A stretch of 64,000 nt of DNA, from the NCBI GenBank assembly GCA_963755915.1, contig CAVWLP010000002.1, forward strand, positions 4,704,001-4,768,000. The letters are read 5' to 3'. Numbering within the stretch: the stretch's first letter is position 1; the number at the start of each line of letters is the position of its first letter. Source of the DNA: an uncultured Phycisphaerales bacterium. GTDB lineage: Bacteria > Planctomycetota > Phycisphaerae > Tepidisphaerales > Tepidisphaeraceae. The notes under the pieces are model-generated. The model saw only the letters and a list, made by a program, of their open reading frames with translations. It had not been told where the DNA came from and did no database searches. Positions 63,811-64,000 of the stretch are shown here, piece by piece. A program made the position numbers and the translations under genes.

Positions 63811-64000
63811 CTCCCAAACAGCGGGCCGGAAAAAAGAACGATCAACGTCGCGAAAAAAACGGGGACCGCGAACGGTAATGGGCGTTTGATCGCCCGGCAC
63901 GATTTGCCCGTTTCGACCGCATTTTGCAGGCCCAGCTCCGAAACACCGGCGAAGTTCACGGCAATCAAGGCGCTGTTCCGCAGCAGCGCGCCGGTTTTGC

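Overview
GC-rich bacterial chromosomal window, very probably Planctomycetota (Phycisphaerae/Tepidisphaerales). This assignment is inferred from a planctomycete-type ECF sigma + Ser/Thr kinase pair, a DUF1559-like prepilin protein, an LExRxLLS extracellular motif, a PEP-CTERM protein, a CxxCGYDLRxTPDRCPECG zinc-ribbon protein and recurrent ATQP/TTQP linkers. Many long genes are split by single-base indels, most likely long-read assembly errors. Contents: tRNA-Ile(GAT) followed by a decayed island scar (MmeI-like methyltransferase 3' end plus a tRNA-Pro 3' half), cydAB, ECF-STK, a glycosyltransferase/sulfotransferase/ABC block, mazEF, fdhD-mobA, a RedB-like/histidine kinase/REC-GGDEF-EAL operon, an S53 protease, hopanoid C-3 methylase hpnR, a divergent panD, PadR and MarR units, and a Tad/Flp pilus cluster. 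The most striking element is an intact IS1111-type IS110 element inserted in a REP-like palindrome. Its 3' non-coding end folds into a loop whose two arms match both flanks of its own insertion site, so the RNA guide (bridge/seek RNA) can be read from the sequence. No CRISPR array or rRNA gene was seen.
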